Below are positions 7,848-15,022 of a stretch of 64,000 nt of DNA, in pieces (within the stretch, counting starts at the first letter, position 1; each line of letters opens with the position of its first letter). The DNA comes from a virus. The notes under the pieces were generated by a model. It had not been told where the DNA came from. It was given only the letters and a program-made list of their open reading frames with translations, and made no database searches. Made by a program: the position numbers and the translations under genes. The stretch lies in the IMG/VR virus record IMGVR_UViG_3300045988_148972; one strand, written 5' to 3'.

Positions 7848-8498
7848 TTAATATCCGTTTTGACATGCTTCGCAGCAAAATTTCTCACGATCACCTGCAT
7901 CGGAATCATTGATTTCGTATTTACGTCCGCACTGCTGGCAGGTATATTCAATCACGTCCGACTGATAGTATTTGCAGGAATCTTCCGCTTTTACTTCCTT
8001 CCCGAAATTGGTACATTTCCCGTCGTCATAACTGTTGCAAGTTGCGCAGGTGGGGGAGAAGTTCTCGCAGTTGTCTAAATTCACTCTGACTGTCACTTTT
8101 TCTTGATGTAAAGTGAAGTAAGGTTGCTGAAACTCTTTTCCATTTTTAAAGTCGATACAGTAAAATCTAAACATTAAATTGCTAAGGCATATAATGTTAT
8201 AATCAGAGATGACTCGATATATATGGCTCATGTGCCTTTCCCCGTTACCACATTCAATAGCCATGTTGGAATAATCAGGTATTGAATCTGCTACAATACC
8301 CATAAACTCTTTAAATGTGTTTTTTATGACTTCCGGATCATGCTGTATATACTCATTTGATTCTAAGTCACGTCCTAATATTCCGAGTTTTAGATTTATC
8401 GAATTGCATTTATCGCACAGTTCTTCATATTTAATAGCTTCTTCTTTTTTGTCGAATCGGCTACCATCATTTGTTTCGTATATTTCTATTGCTTTCAT
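7848..8498 (-). CDS. Hypothetical protein with Cys-rich C-terminal region
   Basis: The C-terminal 70 aa contain about 11 Cys, including CATC, CQQCG and CCEAC. Confidence 0.65.
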   Translation of the reverse strand: MKAIEIYETNDGSRFDKKEEAIKYEELCDKCNSINLKLGILGRDLESNEYIQHDPEVIKNTFKEFMGIVADSIPDYSNMAIECGNGERHMSHIYRVISDYNIICLSNLMFRFYCIDFKNGKEFQQPYFTLHQEKVTVRVNLDNCENFSPTCATCNSYDDGKCTNFGKEVKAEDSCKYYQSDVIEYTCQQCGRKYEINDSDAGDREKFCCEACQNGY

Positions 8499-8501
8499 AA
8501 A

Positions 8502-8663
8502 CTATTTTGTCTTTAAAAGTTCCGGATTGTCGTGTATATTTCCCACGATTTCACACTGGAATCCCTCTTCGGATGTTTCGGTAAAGGCGTGAAGGGGGAA
8601 TCCTCCATAAATCCATTGATTATGGATTAATCCTTTCCCTCTGAATTTTATTATTGGTTCCAT
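8502..8663 (-). CDS. Miniature YopX-like protein (53 aa)
   Basis: Below the ORF-track cutoff. Hand translation is MEPIIKFRGKGLIHNQWIYGGFPLHAFTETSEEGFQCEIVGNIHDNPELLKTK. The N-terminal KFR and the terminal (I/V)GNIHDNPELL are the YopX-family signature. Confidence 0.55.
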   Translation of the reverse strand: MEPIIKFRGKGLIHNQWIYGGFPLHAFTETSEEGFQCEIVGNIHDNPELLKTK

Positions 8664-8666
8664 AAT

Positions 8667-8981
8667 CTACATAATAATGGTTCCAGAATTATTTTCTATG
8701 TATGTTTGAGTCTTCACGGACCGTAACCATTGATTACGGATTTTCGCCCAATATTCAATATCAATACTGTTGAAAATATGCCTGCGAATTTTTGCAGCTT
8801 TTTTAGCGTATTGCATAATGTCTTCGATAGGCCGGCTCATTCTTCGTTGAATATCAAAACCAATCTCTTCAATTCTATTATAACAATTCACTTTTATGTA
8901 ACATAGTCCGATGCCTTCTACTTCTGCAAAGACAAATATGTCACTTAAAAATAATGGGTTATATATCTCATATATTTTCAT
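8667..8981 (-). CDS. Hypothetical protein
   Basis: ORF 8667..9059 trimmed to the internal ATG (MKIYEIY) at 8981, so it does not overlap 8987..9361. Confidence 0.55.
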   Translation of the reverse strand: MKIYEIYNPLFLSDIFVFAEVEGIGLCYIKVNCYNRIEEIGFDIQRRMSRPIEDIMQYAKKAAKIRRHIFNSIDIEYWAKIRNQWLRSVKTQTYIENNSGTIIM

Positions 8982-8986
8982 ATCAG

Positions 8987-9361
8987 TTATTTTTCTGTAT
9001 TGGGTAGTAAATCTTTTTTGTAAGCCCATTTCACGGCAGGAGAATAATATTCCTCCCAATCATCATCATAATCAACGATTTTCCCATTTCCCAAGAGCAA
9101 TACAACATCATCATGGTTATTTATATTTATATCGAAATCATGCCATACGCTGTTAATCTTACTTTCGTATCCATCCAGGAAACCTTCGCAATATGTCGTA
9201 GAGTCATAAGAGGACGGATTATCTCGGACAAGTTCTGATTTTGATTTGATCAACGGCATAAGTCGTGTGATTTTTTGCATACGTGAGTGTACATTGTTTG
9301 CATGTGAAAGTGCCTTATCCGCATTATCGAGCATGATGTTTATTTTATCTTCTTTTTTCAT
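8987..9361 (-). CDS. Hypothetical protein
   Basis: ORF track, 124 aa. Confidence 0.6.
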   Translation of the reverse strand: MKKEDKINIMLDNADKALSHANNVHSRMQKITRLMPLIKSKSELVRDNPSSYDSTTYCEGFLDGYESKINSVWHDFDININNHDDVVLLLGNGKIVDYDDDWEEYYSPAVKWAYKKDLLPNTEK

Positions 9362-9879
9362 GGTTTGTCTTTTAAGTATTCCGGGTTCAGGTGATTATTA
9401 TGTATAAGCCATTCAATCATGCAAATAACGGCATCGAAGGATTTGTGTCTCATTTCCTGATGTTTTACATCGTATCCAAGTTCCTCGTAAGAAATGAACC
9501 AATATTGCCCGTCGCTATTCATATCAAAATCGGCATTTGGCCTGTGTCTCTGTTTTATTGACTTTGGGATAAGCTCCAGAAGTCGGTCTAGGCTCCATGC
9601 AGGAATGTCTTTCCCCCATAAGAGATCGAAGATTTCCTCTCCGGTCATTAATGTACCGTCCGGATGTTTATGGAAAGGGCTTTCCAGTTTTGCGATTCTT
9701 TCCGGTGTCCAATACTTCCCTCTCAATGTGGGAGGTTTTGTTTGAAGTTCCCATTCCAATGATTTTACCCGGCTGTTAGTATGGTGATACACCATGTCGG
9801 CCGTTTCCGGTTTTAGCCCCAGCGAAAGAAGTATTTCCGACTGGTCGCGTGTAGTTGCTATTTGTGATTTGAAGTCCAT
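9358..9879 (-). CDS. Hypothetical protein
   Basis: ORF track, 173 aa. Confidence 0.65.
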   Translation of the reverse strand: MDFKSQIATTRDQSEILLSLGLKPETADMVYHHTNSRVKSLEWELQTKPPTLRGKYWTPERIAKLESPFHKHPDGTLMTGEEIFDLLWGKDIPAWSLDRLLELIPKSIKQRHRPNADFDMNSDGQYWFISYEELGYDVKHQEMRHKSFDAVICMIEWLIHNNHLNPEYLKDKP

Positions 9880-9882
9880 ATT

Positions 9883-10098
9883 TTATTCCTCCACTTTTAC
9901 AAAGATTACACTAGTTTTATCCCTTCTACTTTCATCGCATTTACCTACAAATGATTCAGCAAAATCGTCACACATCGGAAAATTCTCGTTCCAGAAAAAA
10001 CATCCTATACACGATGTAGGCTTTTTAGATGGTTCAACTTTCAGCTTTACCAGCCCGCACTGGAAAATTTCTCCTATTTTAAATTCCTTCTTCGCCAT
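9883..10098 (-). CDS. Small Cys-containing protein, paralog of 10439..10639
   Basis: Trimmed to MAKKEFKIGEIFQCGLVKLK...DKTSVIFVKVEE. The paralog reads MPKKEFNVGETFQCGLIKLK...DKTNVIFIKVEK. Confidence 0.65.
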   Translation of the reverse strand: MAKKEFKIGEIFQCGLVKLKVEPSKKPTSCIGCFFWNENFPMCDDFAESFVGKCDESRRDKTSVIFVKVEE

Positions 10099-10099
10099 A

Positions 10100-10435
10100 T
10101 TATAACTCCATTGATTTTTGAAGTTCACTAACAAGTGCATCCGCTGATTTGACAGACACTTTAGCAAGTGCTGTAAATGGGAAATCTTCTTTTGTGGTTA
10201 GAAATTGCATTAGCTCAGGACTAGCATGATTCGCTGCCATTATTGCAATTGCAGCCTGTATCCTTACTTGCTGCCAATCTGGATAAACATTTTTGAAATC
10301 CAGTTCGGTATCAAAATACGTATTCCCGTCAGAGCCTTCATATACACTTTTTGCACCAGACTTTGCAGTAGGTTGAGAGTTAAGGTTCAACTTAACTTCA
10401 ACAATTTTCCCGGTATATAAAACTTTTGCTTTCAT
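10100..10435 (-). CDS. Hypothetical protein
   Basis: ORF track, 111 aa. Sits between the two paralogs. Confidence 0.6.
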   Translation of the reverse strand: MKAKVLYTGKIVEVKLNLNSQPTAKSGAKSVYEGSDGNTYFDTELDFKNVYPDWQQVRIQAAIAIMAANHASPELMQFLTTKEDFPFTALAKVSVKSADALVSELQKSMEL

Positions 10436-10438
10436 GTT

Positions 10439-10639
10439 TTATTTCTCCACCTTTATAAAAATTACATTGGTTTTATCTTCTCTGTTTTTTGAACTACAAA
10501 ATCCTACTATGTCAAAATCACATTTATATCTAAAAAAACAATATCTGCATGAACGATTTTCATCCTTGTATTCAATACACTTTAATTTAATCAGTCCGCA
10601 CTGAAATGTTTCTCCGACATTAAATTCTTTCTTCGGCAT
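10439..10639 (-). CDS. Small Cys-containing protein, paralog of 9883..10098
   Basis: See 9883..10098. Confidence 0.65.
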   Translation of the reverse strand: MPKKEFNVGETFQCGLIKLKCIEYKDENRSCRYCFFRYKCDFDIVGFCSSKNREDKTNVIFIKVEK

Positions 10640-10642
10640 ATT

Positions 10643-10897
10643 TCAATCTTCGTCTTTAGGGAACAAGCTCTCAATATCTACACTGGTATAATAGCTTAGA
10701 ATATCTTCAAAGTGATCAATGCAAATGCCTGTTCTTTGCGCCACACAATGAATTTCACGTTCAGAATCCACTCCAAGTATCTTATCAAAAATAGTCGTGC
10801 AATTAGGATATTCTATCCATACCACAAGGCCATGGTCCATTTGCCATTCATATCCATCAATCAGTTCTGTGAGTAATTTTAGTTTCTTGAAATCCAT
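10643..10897 (-). CDS. Hypothetical protein
   Basis: ORF track, 84 aa. Confidence 0.6.
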   Translation of the reverse strand: MDFKKLKLLTELIDGYEWQMDHGLVVWIEYPNCTTIFDKILGVDSEREIHCVAQRTGICIDHFEDILSYYTSVDIESLFPKDED

Positions 10898-10900
10898 ATT

Positions 10901-11254
10901 CTATTTATTTTCATTGTTCTTTATTTCCTCATAAATCATCTTTGCAAGTTCCGGAACAGACTTGTCACACCATCCGTCTGCTATGTCGTCTTTTTCTTTG
11001 TCAAAGTGATTTTCGGAAACATATTCGTTCACCCACGATTGAAAATCATCCTCCGAAATACCATAGTCGGGGTCGTATTCTATGTAAGATGTAAGTGAAT
11101 AGCAGTGTTCGTGAGATTTCCATGGATATACAGTCCCATCATAGACAAGTGTCTGATTTTTGTATTGTTCCCCAGCGTGGATAGTTCCACCGCAATAATC
11201 GCACCGGTGTTCTTTACGGGCGATAGGAGATTTTTCTTGTAATACTTCTGGCAT
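10901..11254 (-). CDS. Hypothetical protein, possible zinc-binding N-terminus
   Basis: HRCDYCGG...H...HEHC pattern. Confidence 0.6.
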   Translation of the reverse strand: MPEVLQEKSPIARKEHRCDYCGGTIHAGEQYKNQTLVYDGTVYPWKSHEHCYSLTSYIEYDPDYGISEDDFQSWVNEYVSENHFDKEKDDIADGWCDKSVPELAKMIYEEIKNNENK

Positions 11255-11255
11255 A

Positions 11256-11432
11256 TTATTCTTCTTTTTTATCGTTTCTGATGGCTTCAGATAATTTGTT
11301 AATTACGAGATAAATGAGCATAAGCTCTATAAACATAATGTCATAATTCTTGTCTGCCAAATAGCATAATACTAAGAGAGCAAATGAACAAGAAACGACA
11401 ATGATCATTGCAATAAAATACTCTTTCATCAT
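11256..11432 (-). CDS. Small membrane protein (58 aa)
   Basis: Below the ORF-track cutoff. Hand translation is MMKEYFIAMIIVVSCSFALLVLCYLADKNYDIMFIELMLIYLVINKLSEAIRNDKKEE. Confidence 0.4.
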   Translation of the reverse strand: MMKEYFIAMIIVVSCSFALLVLCYLADKNYDIMFIELMLIYLVINKLSEAIRNDKKEE

Positions 11433-11511
11433 TAATACCGGAATTTACTGAATTGAATTACTGCCATTGGCTTGCTGAAATCATAACCACGGAACCACTC
11501 TTTCCAGTCTT

Positions 11512-11889
11512 CTACCGCAGGCCATCGTTGGCCGCAAGTTCTTTCAGTTCCGGATATTTACCGTCGATGTCGAAGAAATTGAAAGAGGCACATCCGTCGT
11601 GATCCAGCTGGAAGGTAAGTTTCTGAATACCTGTTCCAGATTCCGCAGTCAGACAGCCTATTGTTATTTGCCTGCTGAAATACGGACGGCCTTCCCACTG
11701 ACGGACGGAGATAACCGCTTCACCTTGCTGCACCTCGTGTATGCGTTTTGCCCAAAGCGGAAAGTTAGACCGGATGGTGTGTCGTTTTTCTCCGGAAAGG
11801 AATTTCTCACGGAATCCGGTAGGGCTCCCAGACCGGGGATGTTTGGCCGGGAAAGATTGCGAAAGCATGAGCACGTAAGTCTTTTTCAT
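11512..11889 (-). CDS. Hypothetical protein, possibly ASCH/PUA-like
   Basis: 125 aa. The GEKRHTIRS motif is reminiscent of ASCH domains. This is a weak call. Confidence 0.55.
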   Translation of the reverse strand: MKKTYVLMLSQSFPAKHPRSGSPTGFREKFLSGEKRHTIRSNFPLWAKRIHEVQQGEAVISVRQWEGRPYFSRQITIGCLTAESGTGIQKLTFQLDHDGCASFNFFDIDGKYPELKELAANDGLR

Positions 11890-12794
11890 AAATCTTCAAT
11901 CTCCTTTTCTAATCGTTTAATTTCCTGGTTAATTTCTTCACGTATCATCTTATCATGCTTATCAAGTAAATCTCTGAGGCTAATAGTAAAGCTTTCAGCG
12001 TATCTTGCAAATAGAATACATTCAGGATTATATATATAGCCTAACGAGTATTTATCCTCAGAAAGTTTCTTCTTTATATTTTCCAGAGTTTTCTTACGAT
12101 TTATCAATAAGCATAGCTTTTCATATTCTTCCTCTGTCATCTTATACCTCCTTTCCCAGATGAAAATACGGTTCATCTCTGGATTGAACGAGCGGGTAAT
12201 CAAACCGTCAAGTTCGATTTCCCTGTGCGGAAGTTTCATAAGTGGATTGTAACGATGTACGTGTTTGTTCCCGACAAGGATAAACCGGCGTACAAAAGAG
12301 AGCATCTTCGTCATGTCTATACCCAGGTCATTACCGCTTTTCGTATCTCCGCGCCATTTATGAGTCACGAAGCATCCAAGTATGGTGTGCGGACGATATT
12401 TCCGTGCGGCAGAAACCGCATCAATCTTTTCCACGTACTTAGGGTATCTGATTGTAGGACAATTAAGCAGCTCATACATTCTATGGGTCTCAAAATCTGC
12501 CGACTGTTGGTAACTGTCGGTGGTACGAATGCTCAGTTCACGTCCGATAATTCCACGTCCGGCTCCTACCTCTATTGCATCATATTCTCCAATTTCCTTG
12601 TCAAGGAAGTCAATAAGTTCTTCAGTAGGAAGCACATAAAGCGCTTCATTGTTCATGAATAAATGAATCTGGTCCAAACTGAACTGAGACCAGAAGTCTT
12701 TACCGAGTATCTGGAACTCTCCATTTCGGTACACATCGTTAAGAATGGGCGTAATGTCCGTGTTCTTTGAAATAGTTCTTACATTCATGTTCAT
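11886..12794 (-). CDS. Class I SAM-dependent methyltransferase-like protein
   Basis: AIEVGAGRGIIG matches SAM-binding motif I (ExGxGxG). Trimmed to MNMNVRT (ATG at 12794). First gene of the leftward block. Substrate unknown. Confidence 0.6.
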   Translation of the reverse strand: MNMNVRTISKNTDITPILNDVYRNGEFQILGKDFWSQFSLDQIHLFMNNEALYVLPTEELIDFLDKEIGEYDAIEVGAGRGIIGRELSIRTTDSYQQSADFETHRMYELLNCPTIRYPKYVEKIDAVSAARKYRPHTILGCFVTHKWRGDTKSGNDLGIDMTKMLSFVRRFILVGNKHVHRYNPLMKLPHREIELDGLITRSFNPEMNRIFIWERRYKMTEEEYEKLCLLINRKKTLENIKKKLSEDKYSLGYIYNPECILFARYAESFTISLRDLLDKHDKMIREEINQEIKRLEKEIEDL

Positions 12795-12817
12795 CGTTTT
12801 ATTACATTTACCTACCG

Positions 12818-12825
12818 CAAAAATA
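12818..12825 (-). promoter_or_regulatory. -7 box (TATTTTTG on the minus strand) for the leftward early operon
   Basis: Matches TAnnTTTG and ends 23 nt upstream of the ATG at 12794. No clear -33 TTTG. Confidence 0.35.
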
Positions 12826-12888
12826 ACAATTTTAAACCGAAATCGCATTAAAATTATCTCTAAAATTCATAAAACCTCCGATATTTCG

Positions 12889-12928
12889 TTTTTGTCCTTC
12901 AAATTACCGAATCAGACCACTAACTTTG
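12889..12928 (+). promoter_or_regulatory. Phage late-type promoter cassette
   Basis: TTTTTGTCCTTCA at 12889-12901, TAACTTTG at 12921-12928, ATG at 12946. Confidence 0.6.
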
Positions 12929-12945
12929 AGGAAAACACAAAGACT

Positions 12946-13971
12946 ATGTTAGTAACGAAAACCGAAGAAATTAGGGCATACGTGCCCACCAGCGTGTACA
13001 GCGGCGGCCAGTCACTTCTCACAATCATGGAAGAGACAGAAGAGAACATTATTGTGCCGATACTTGGGCGAAAACTATACGAAAAGGTATGCGAAGAATA
13101 CGATAAGGCCATGGAGGATTATGGCGGAGTGACGGCGGACTACGTAGACAAAGAAAACCTTACACCCGAAATCCGTCTGATACGTGCCTGTCAGCTTCCG
13201 GTGGTCTATTTGTCGCTGGCCAACAGCACCGGCATTCTCACGGTAAGTCTGAACGACGGGGGTGGACTGAACCAGGTGTACACCGACGGGTACGACAAGG
13301 CCGACGAGAAATCCGTGAGCCGGTTTGAACGCGATGCGTATTTCAAGGGCCGTCGCGGAGTAGATCGTCTGCTGGTATTCCTGGAAGAGGATGCGTGCAG
13401 TCAGGCCCCCGTGTTTGCTGATTTGTGGCGCGAAAGCCGGTATTTCTACCTACAGGGAGATTTGCTGTTTACTACCGCCATCGAGATGAACCGTTTTCTG
13501 GACATCAACGAAAGCCGGGAGAAGTTTATCGCCATGTTGCCTGACATTCGCTATTGCCAAAGTGCATATATCGAGCCGGAGATAGGGGAGGAGCTGACCG
13601 ATGCGCTGGTAAAATGGTGCACGCGCTCGCTAAAGTCCGACCTTTTCACGGGCGAAGACAAGGATGCCATAAATGCGGTTTGGCAGAAGGCTGTGGACTG
13701 TCTGCACATGGCGCTGGCATTGTACATCGAGTCGCGCCGTCCGGAAAAACAGCGCAAGTACAGCGAAAACGAGGCAGCTTATTCCATGATAAAGGCACGC
13801 AAATTTATCTCCAACCATCAGGATTCTTTCGGAGAGTTTATCAAGGATTCTCCGCTGTATGTGCCCCCTCTCACTGAGACTTCCGAATCGGACAAGCAAC
13901 CCATATTCGACTATGACAACCAGGATAACTCCCTCTTTGTGCTTCGTCCGCAAGCCTTCAACCGGCACTGA
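12946..13971 (+). CDS. Hypothetical virion-module protein (341 aa)
   Basis: ORF 12745..13971 trimmed to the ATG at 12946. The upstream extension overlaps the promoter cassette and the divergent gene. Confidence 0.7.
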   Translation: MLVTKTEEIRAYVPTSVYSGGQSLLTIMEETEENIIVPILGRKLYEKVCEEYDKAMEDYGGVTADYVDKENLTPEIRLIRACQLPVVYLSLANSTGILTVSLNDGGGLNQVYTDGYDKADEKSVSRFERDAYFKGRRGVDRLLVFLEEDACSQAPVFADLWRESRYFYLQGDLLFTTAIEMNRFLDINESREKFIAMLPDIRYCQSAYIEPEIGEELTDALVKWCTRSLKSDLFTGEDKDAINAVWQKAVDCLHMALALYIESRRPEKQRKYSENEAAYSMIKARKFISNHQDSFGEFIKDSPLYVPPLTETSESDKQPIFDYDNQDNSLFVLRPQAFNRH

Positions 13972-13972
13972 T

Positions 13973-14012
13973 TTTTTGTCCTTCATTCTCAGTTGTCATA
14001 TACCTAACTTTG
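13973..14012 (+). promoter_or_regulatory. Phage late-type promoter cassette
   Basis: TTTTTGTCCTTCA at 13973-13985, TAACTTTG at 14005-14012, ATG at 14030. Confidence 0.6.
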
Positions 14013-14029
14013 GGTAAAAGAAACGACAA

Positions 14030-15022
14030 ATGGATACGACAAACTACCAGATAAATCTTCATGCTCTTCCAGACAGTTGGAACAGGCTTTCCACCAGAGA
14101 GCTAGAAGAAGTGAATAGACTTTACATAGAAAGGAATATAGAAGTTGAGGAGGAACAGTCTGAAAGGCTTTTTAAGTTAAAATGCTTTATGCTTTTTCTT
14201 AGTCTAAAAATTGTGAGATTTACTACTACAGACGAGAATGGAGATACAGTGTTCTTCTTCCGAAGAAAAGGGTTTGTTCATCGTTTTGAAAGAATACCTA
14301 TGAGGGCGTGGCAAGTAAATCAGTGGATTGATCAGAAACTAGGTTTTCTGGATAAACCTTTTGGGCGAACGATTACTCCCTATAAAATTGTCCGTTTGCG
14401 TATGGGGACCCTGTGTTTGAAGGCTCCAAAGGACGTAATGTCCGATGTGACTTTTGCGCAATATCAGTCTGCTCAGAATCTGCTTATTATGTACTGGGAA
14501 ACTCAGAAAGTGATTCAAACTCTTTTTAGAAACAAGTCTAGTCGTACAGCTATTCGCATGCAGATGCGCCGCATGGAACAGGTGCGTTGCCGGTTTTTGG
14601 CCACTCTGTTTAATGAATCAGTGAGAGAAACAGGAGAAATACGAGAAGGAAGATACATGCGTAAATATAAACGTCGTGTTTGGTCATTTTATTCCGGACA
14701 GATACAGAAAAATGCTCGCTGGTTCCGACCGGTAGAAGGCCGTATGTTTCCAGTCATGGTTCAGTATTTTCAAAGTGTGCAAGAAGCCTATGCTCGTATG
14801 TATCCTGAACTGTTTACTTCAAACGGTAAAAAGAACGGCATCTATAGTCCAATAAAGATAGAGGTAGAGATGATAAATAATATTATGAAGTACCAGGGAT
14901 TTGATGACTACGATGCAGTATATGATAGTGAGGCTGTACGTATTCTGGGAATTATGAATGCCATGGCAAAGGAAGCCAAAGAAATTGAAAAAATGAATCA
15001 GAAATACAAAACAGGGAAATGA
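14030..15022 (+). CDS. Hypothetical virion-module protein
   Basis: ORF track, 330 aa. The stop overlaps the start of the fibre gene (ATGA). Confidence 0.7.
   Translation: MDTTNYQINLHALPDSWNRLSTRELEEVNRLYIERNIEVEEEQSERLFKLKCFMLFLSLKIVRFTTTDENGDTVFFFRRKGFVHRFERIPMRAWQVNQWIDQKLGFLDKPFGRTITPYKIVRLRMGTLCLKAPKDVMSDVTFAQYQSAQNLLIMYWETQKVIQTLFRNKSSRTAIRMQMRRMEQVRCRFLATLFNESVRETGEIREGRYMRKYKRRVWSFYSGQIQKNARWFRPVEGRMFPVMVQYFQSVQEAYARMYPELFTSNGKKNGIYSPIKIEVEMINNIMKYQGFDDYDAVYDSEAVRILGIMNAMAKEAKEIEKMNQKYKTGK

Noticed and set aside
12745-12945. N-terminal extension of ORF 12745..13971 (similar extensions at 34845, 47626, 26997, 53563, 21025, 20745, 31629, 8982-9059, 10099-10167 and 12795-12848)
   Set aside because: The extensions run through promoter cassettes or overlap neighbouring genes. 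Several begin at non-ATG codons. Internal ATGs placed just after the regulatory signals were preferred.
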